Assembly (NCBI RefSeq): GCF_000400465.1
Contig: NW_008806281.1
Span: forward strand, 150,001 to 182,000
DNA length: 32,000 nt
Origin: Wallemia ichthyophaga EXF-994
Lineage: Eukaryota; Fungi; Basidiomycota
Reading direction: 5' to 3'
Under the pieces are notes generated by a model. That model was not told the origin of the DNA and made no database searches. It was given only the letters and a program-made list of their open reading frames with translations. Shown piece after piece: positions 31,269 through 32,000 of this stretch (positions within the stretch are counted from its first letter, which is position 1; each line of letters starts with the position of its first letter). A program made the position numbers and the translations under genes.

Positions 31269-32000
31269 TCAGCTCATAACCATAACCTCTGCATAAATAA
31301 CAAAGAATCCTACCAAAGCTGTTATTATCAGTGGAAATATGTTCATCCACAAAAACTGCAGACGCGCTATCCTGATTCCTTTTGATTTCAGTATCTTATC
31401 CCATAGTAGCCCCGCTAAGCTAGCCGAGAGCGTGAATGAGTATGCACCAATATTGCTTCCGAAAGCTATACCGAGCATCCCTGCACGTACTGTTTTTGGA
31501 TTCCTGCTCGACTGAACGAGAACTTGGGACATAAGCACAGTTGCACCGATGTTAGTGCTGCCATTGCACAGCACTATCTCTATCAAACCCAATACCCACA
31601 CTGCCCGTAAAGTATCATCACCTATTGCTTTCTGTGCCCAACTGGCAAAGATGTCTATCCAGCCAACTGCTTGCAATGAGTTGACGAGAATGAATTGTGT
31701 GATGGCAAATGGTATAAGGGCGAATGGCAGACGGCTACCAACTGTCAACACGGTAGGAAATGACAGGTTGACAGTTCGCAGCCACCCAATCCTCTTCTCC
31801 ACCTTGCTCTTGAATTTGGCATGATGGCGCCAGTCATGTACCAGGTCTCTAACAAAGACAACGAATGCAGCGGGTATTGTAATCCAACAAACATGCATAC
31901 CTTCAATCAAAACGCTGCAAATGACCAATGAAACCAGTGTTGCTGTTAATATCACGCTGCTAAAGATTGCCCCAGTTCTATCAATCAAGACACTGCGAGG
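31269..32000 (-). CDS. ArsB/NhaD-superfamily (arsenical pump-like) membrane transporter, 3' part only
   Basis: Multiple hydrophobic segments with STNIGATVL and FGSNIGAYSFTLSASLAGLLW..IL..KGI motifs. The 5' end lies beyond the window. Confidence 0.75.
   Translation of the reverse strand, partial: PRSVLIDRTGAIFSSVILTATLVSLVICSVLIEGMHVCWITIPAAFVVFVRDLVHDWRHHAKFKSKVEKRIGWLRTVNLSFPTVLTVGSRLPFALIPFAITQFILVNSLQAVGWIDIFASWAQKAIGDDTLRAVWVLGLIEIVLCNGSTNIGATVLMSQVLVQSSRNPKTVRAGMLGIAFGSNIGAYSFTLSASLAGLLWDKILKSKGIRIARLQFLWMNIFPLIITALVGFFVIYAEVMVMS

Noticed and set aside
31269-32000. ArsB-like gene as a bacterial arsenic-resistance island
   Set aside because: No arsR or arsC neighbours and no mobility signals; ArsB-like proteins are widespread in fungi, and the substrate cannot be inferred.

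Overview
Eukaryotic DNA from an extremely compact, intron-containing fungal genome. Introns are about 44-65 nt and most intergenic gaps are under 150 bp. The gene content looks basidiomycete and Wallemia-like; that taxon call is inference only. I resolve 26 protein-coding loci (two cut by the window edges, one a putative new chimera) and one tRNA-Lys(CTT). Most are housekeeping genes: an ARA2-like aldo-keto reductase, mL59, THR1, MAK3, MED4, URK1, a SNAP50 homolog, SGT1, a PPIE-type RRM protein, trimethyllysine dioxygenase, a velvet protein, an NDUFAF8-like twin-CX9C protein, SCM3, BUD20, MET5, a DUF1764 protein, an APP1-like phosphatase, DMC1, RVB1 and an ArsB-like transporter. Many splice models were rebuilt by hand because the ORF track reads into introns. 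No mobile element, CRISPR array or clear novel multi-gene system is supported. The most notable signals are: (1) a near-perfect 342-bp tandem duplication that builds a complete in-frame chimeric gene with its own upstream region, intron and stop; (2) MED4 and URK1 arranged head-to-head with start codons interlocked in CATCATCATG; (3) several divergent gene pairs with only 32-41 bp between ATGs; (4) a fungal SNAPc subunit; (5) a DMC1 with a GC-AG intron and changes at conserved residues.
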